From the sequence record NC_061440.1: a DNA stretch of 64,000 nt. One strand, written 5' to 3'. The position numbers were made by a program, and so were the translations under genes. Shown in pieces: positions 63,062 through 64,000 of this stretch (positions are counted from its first letter, which is position 1; every line of letters starts with the position of its first letter). Below the pieces are notes generated by a model. That model did not search any database. It saw only the letters and a list, made by a program, of their open reading frames with translations, and was not told the DNA's origin.

Positions 63062-64000
63062 TTAAGCCGCGTCGCCAGTACCGATAGGAAGCATCAGACG
63101 CATACCACGGTTGTCTTTACCGTTTGCGTTCATGCCCAGGTACTTGGTTTTGTTAGTCGCTTTCAGCGGGTTCAACTGTACTTCGGAACCAGCAGAGAGA
63201 ACGTCAGCAGAGGTGTAACCCAGCATGTCCAGTGTAGCGAAGTACACATATCGTTGGGTGTTAATCATCTGCGGGAACAGCACGATGGCGCGGTTACCTT
63301 CTGCAATCATAACCTGTTGGAGCGGGTTGATGATTGGTGCGGAGTCAGGAGTCGGCTGTACGGCAGACAGAGGAACTGTCGCGCTGTAGATACCTGCTTC
63401 GATAACAGTGAAGCGCTGAATTGCTTCAGGCTTGATTGTATCAGGGTCGCCAGCCAGACCGCCGCCACACGAGAAGATGCAGAACAGTGGGCTATGATCA
63501 CCCGGCTTAGTATCGCCAGTCTGTACGCCACGCTGTGCAACGAACCAACTGAACGCGGTGCCAGTGTTGTCGAAACCTTCTGCGTTGATGTGCAGAGCGA
63601 TACCGTGGTCGGTGGTGATGAAGTCATAGGTCAGCGGGTATGCTGCCATGTCAGCGGTCGCATCCATCTTCCAGTCAGCAACCAGATCGATGAAGCTGTT
63701 AGCAATCAGACCAGACTTGGACAGACGGCCGATTTCTACGGTAGCAGAACGCTTCGCCGCAGTGTAGTCGTTCTCACTCACCTGAAGGTCAGGCAGAACG
63801 TTGATTGACAGAGTTTTAGCCGCGTTGTCAGCTTTGAGGATGATGCCCCATTGCTGCGTATCAAACAGCGGATCAACTGCGTCAGAGGCCATCAGGTAGA
63901 ATGCTTTACCATCTGGTTTGATCTGAGTACCAGCAGTACCATCGACTGCAACGAGTTCAAAACCCGCAGCAACCATTTTAGCCACCAGGTCACGGGTCAG
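63062..64000 (-). CDS. Virion structural protein, paralog of the 393-aa gene; 5' end lies beyond the window
   Basis: The reading frame stays open to position 64000. Alignment to the paralog shows the N-terminus is missing. Confidence 0.75.
   Translation of the reverse strand: MTRDLVAKMVAAGFELVAVDGTAGTQIKPDGKAFYLMASDAVDPLFDTQQWGIILKADNAAKTLSINVLPDLQVSENDYTAAKRSATVEIGRLSKSGLIANSFIDLVADWKMDATADMAAYPLTYDFITTDHGIALHINAEGFDNTGTAFSWFVAQRGVQTGDTKPGDHSPLFCIFSCGGGLAGDPDTIKPEAIQRFTVIEAGIYSATVPLSAVQPTPDSAPIINPLQQVMIAEGNRAIVLFPQMINTQRYVYFATLDMLGYTSADVLSAGSEVQLNPLKATNKTKYLGMNANGKDNRGMRLMLPIGTGDAA

Noticed and set aside
1-64000. Retron, diversity-generating retroelement, integrase or transposon
   Set aside because: No reverse transcriptase, recombinase or transposase motifs and no TR/VR-type long repeat pair were seen in the window.

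Overview
This window is 64 kb of the virion-morphogenesis region of a large contractile-tailed (jumbo myovirus-type) phage, with all credible genes on the minus strand. In transcription order (right to left) it encodes: paralogous virion proteins and a 1395-aa fibre-like protein; an NAD+-dependent DNA ligase; an Ig-domain protein; a GT2-TPR glycosyltransferase; a prohead protease, zincin protease, very acidic scaffold-like protein, decoration protein and HK97-fold major capsid protein; a free-standing GIY-YIG endonuclease; tail sheath, tubes, a tape-measure-like protein with a muramidase domain, and baseplate hub/spike; an accessory island (BRCT-like, papain-like, Nudix, MmcB-like, dTMP kinase); a ~1.3 kb protein-poor, highly base-paired region; PAAR and baseplate wedge genes; four collagen-like fibre genes (one ending in a Hint domain); an ILEI-domain fibre; and a small envelope module. 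Gene content and order remind me of the 'hairy' Erwinia/Dickeya jumbo phages (Y3/Alexandra/AD1/JA11 group), from recall and not from a database search. The strongest candidate for an undescribed system is a ~1.25 kb structured non-coding RNA at ~23240-24500, with nested long-range helices, a duplicated 28-nt motif and an occluded small ORF. Other leads are possible virion-fibre glycosylation (GT2-TPR plus GxT collagens), a Hint-processed collagen fibre, a stand-alone periplasmic sensor domain with bitopic membrane partners, a recurring upstream motif GCTAATTT (candidate late promoter), and a recurring hydrophobic-S-x-S motif in head proteins. All product calls come from motif recognition by eye.
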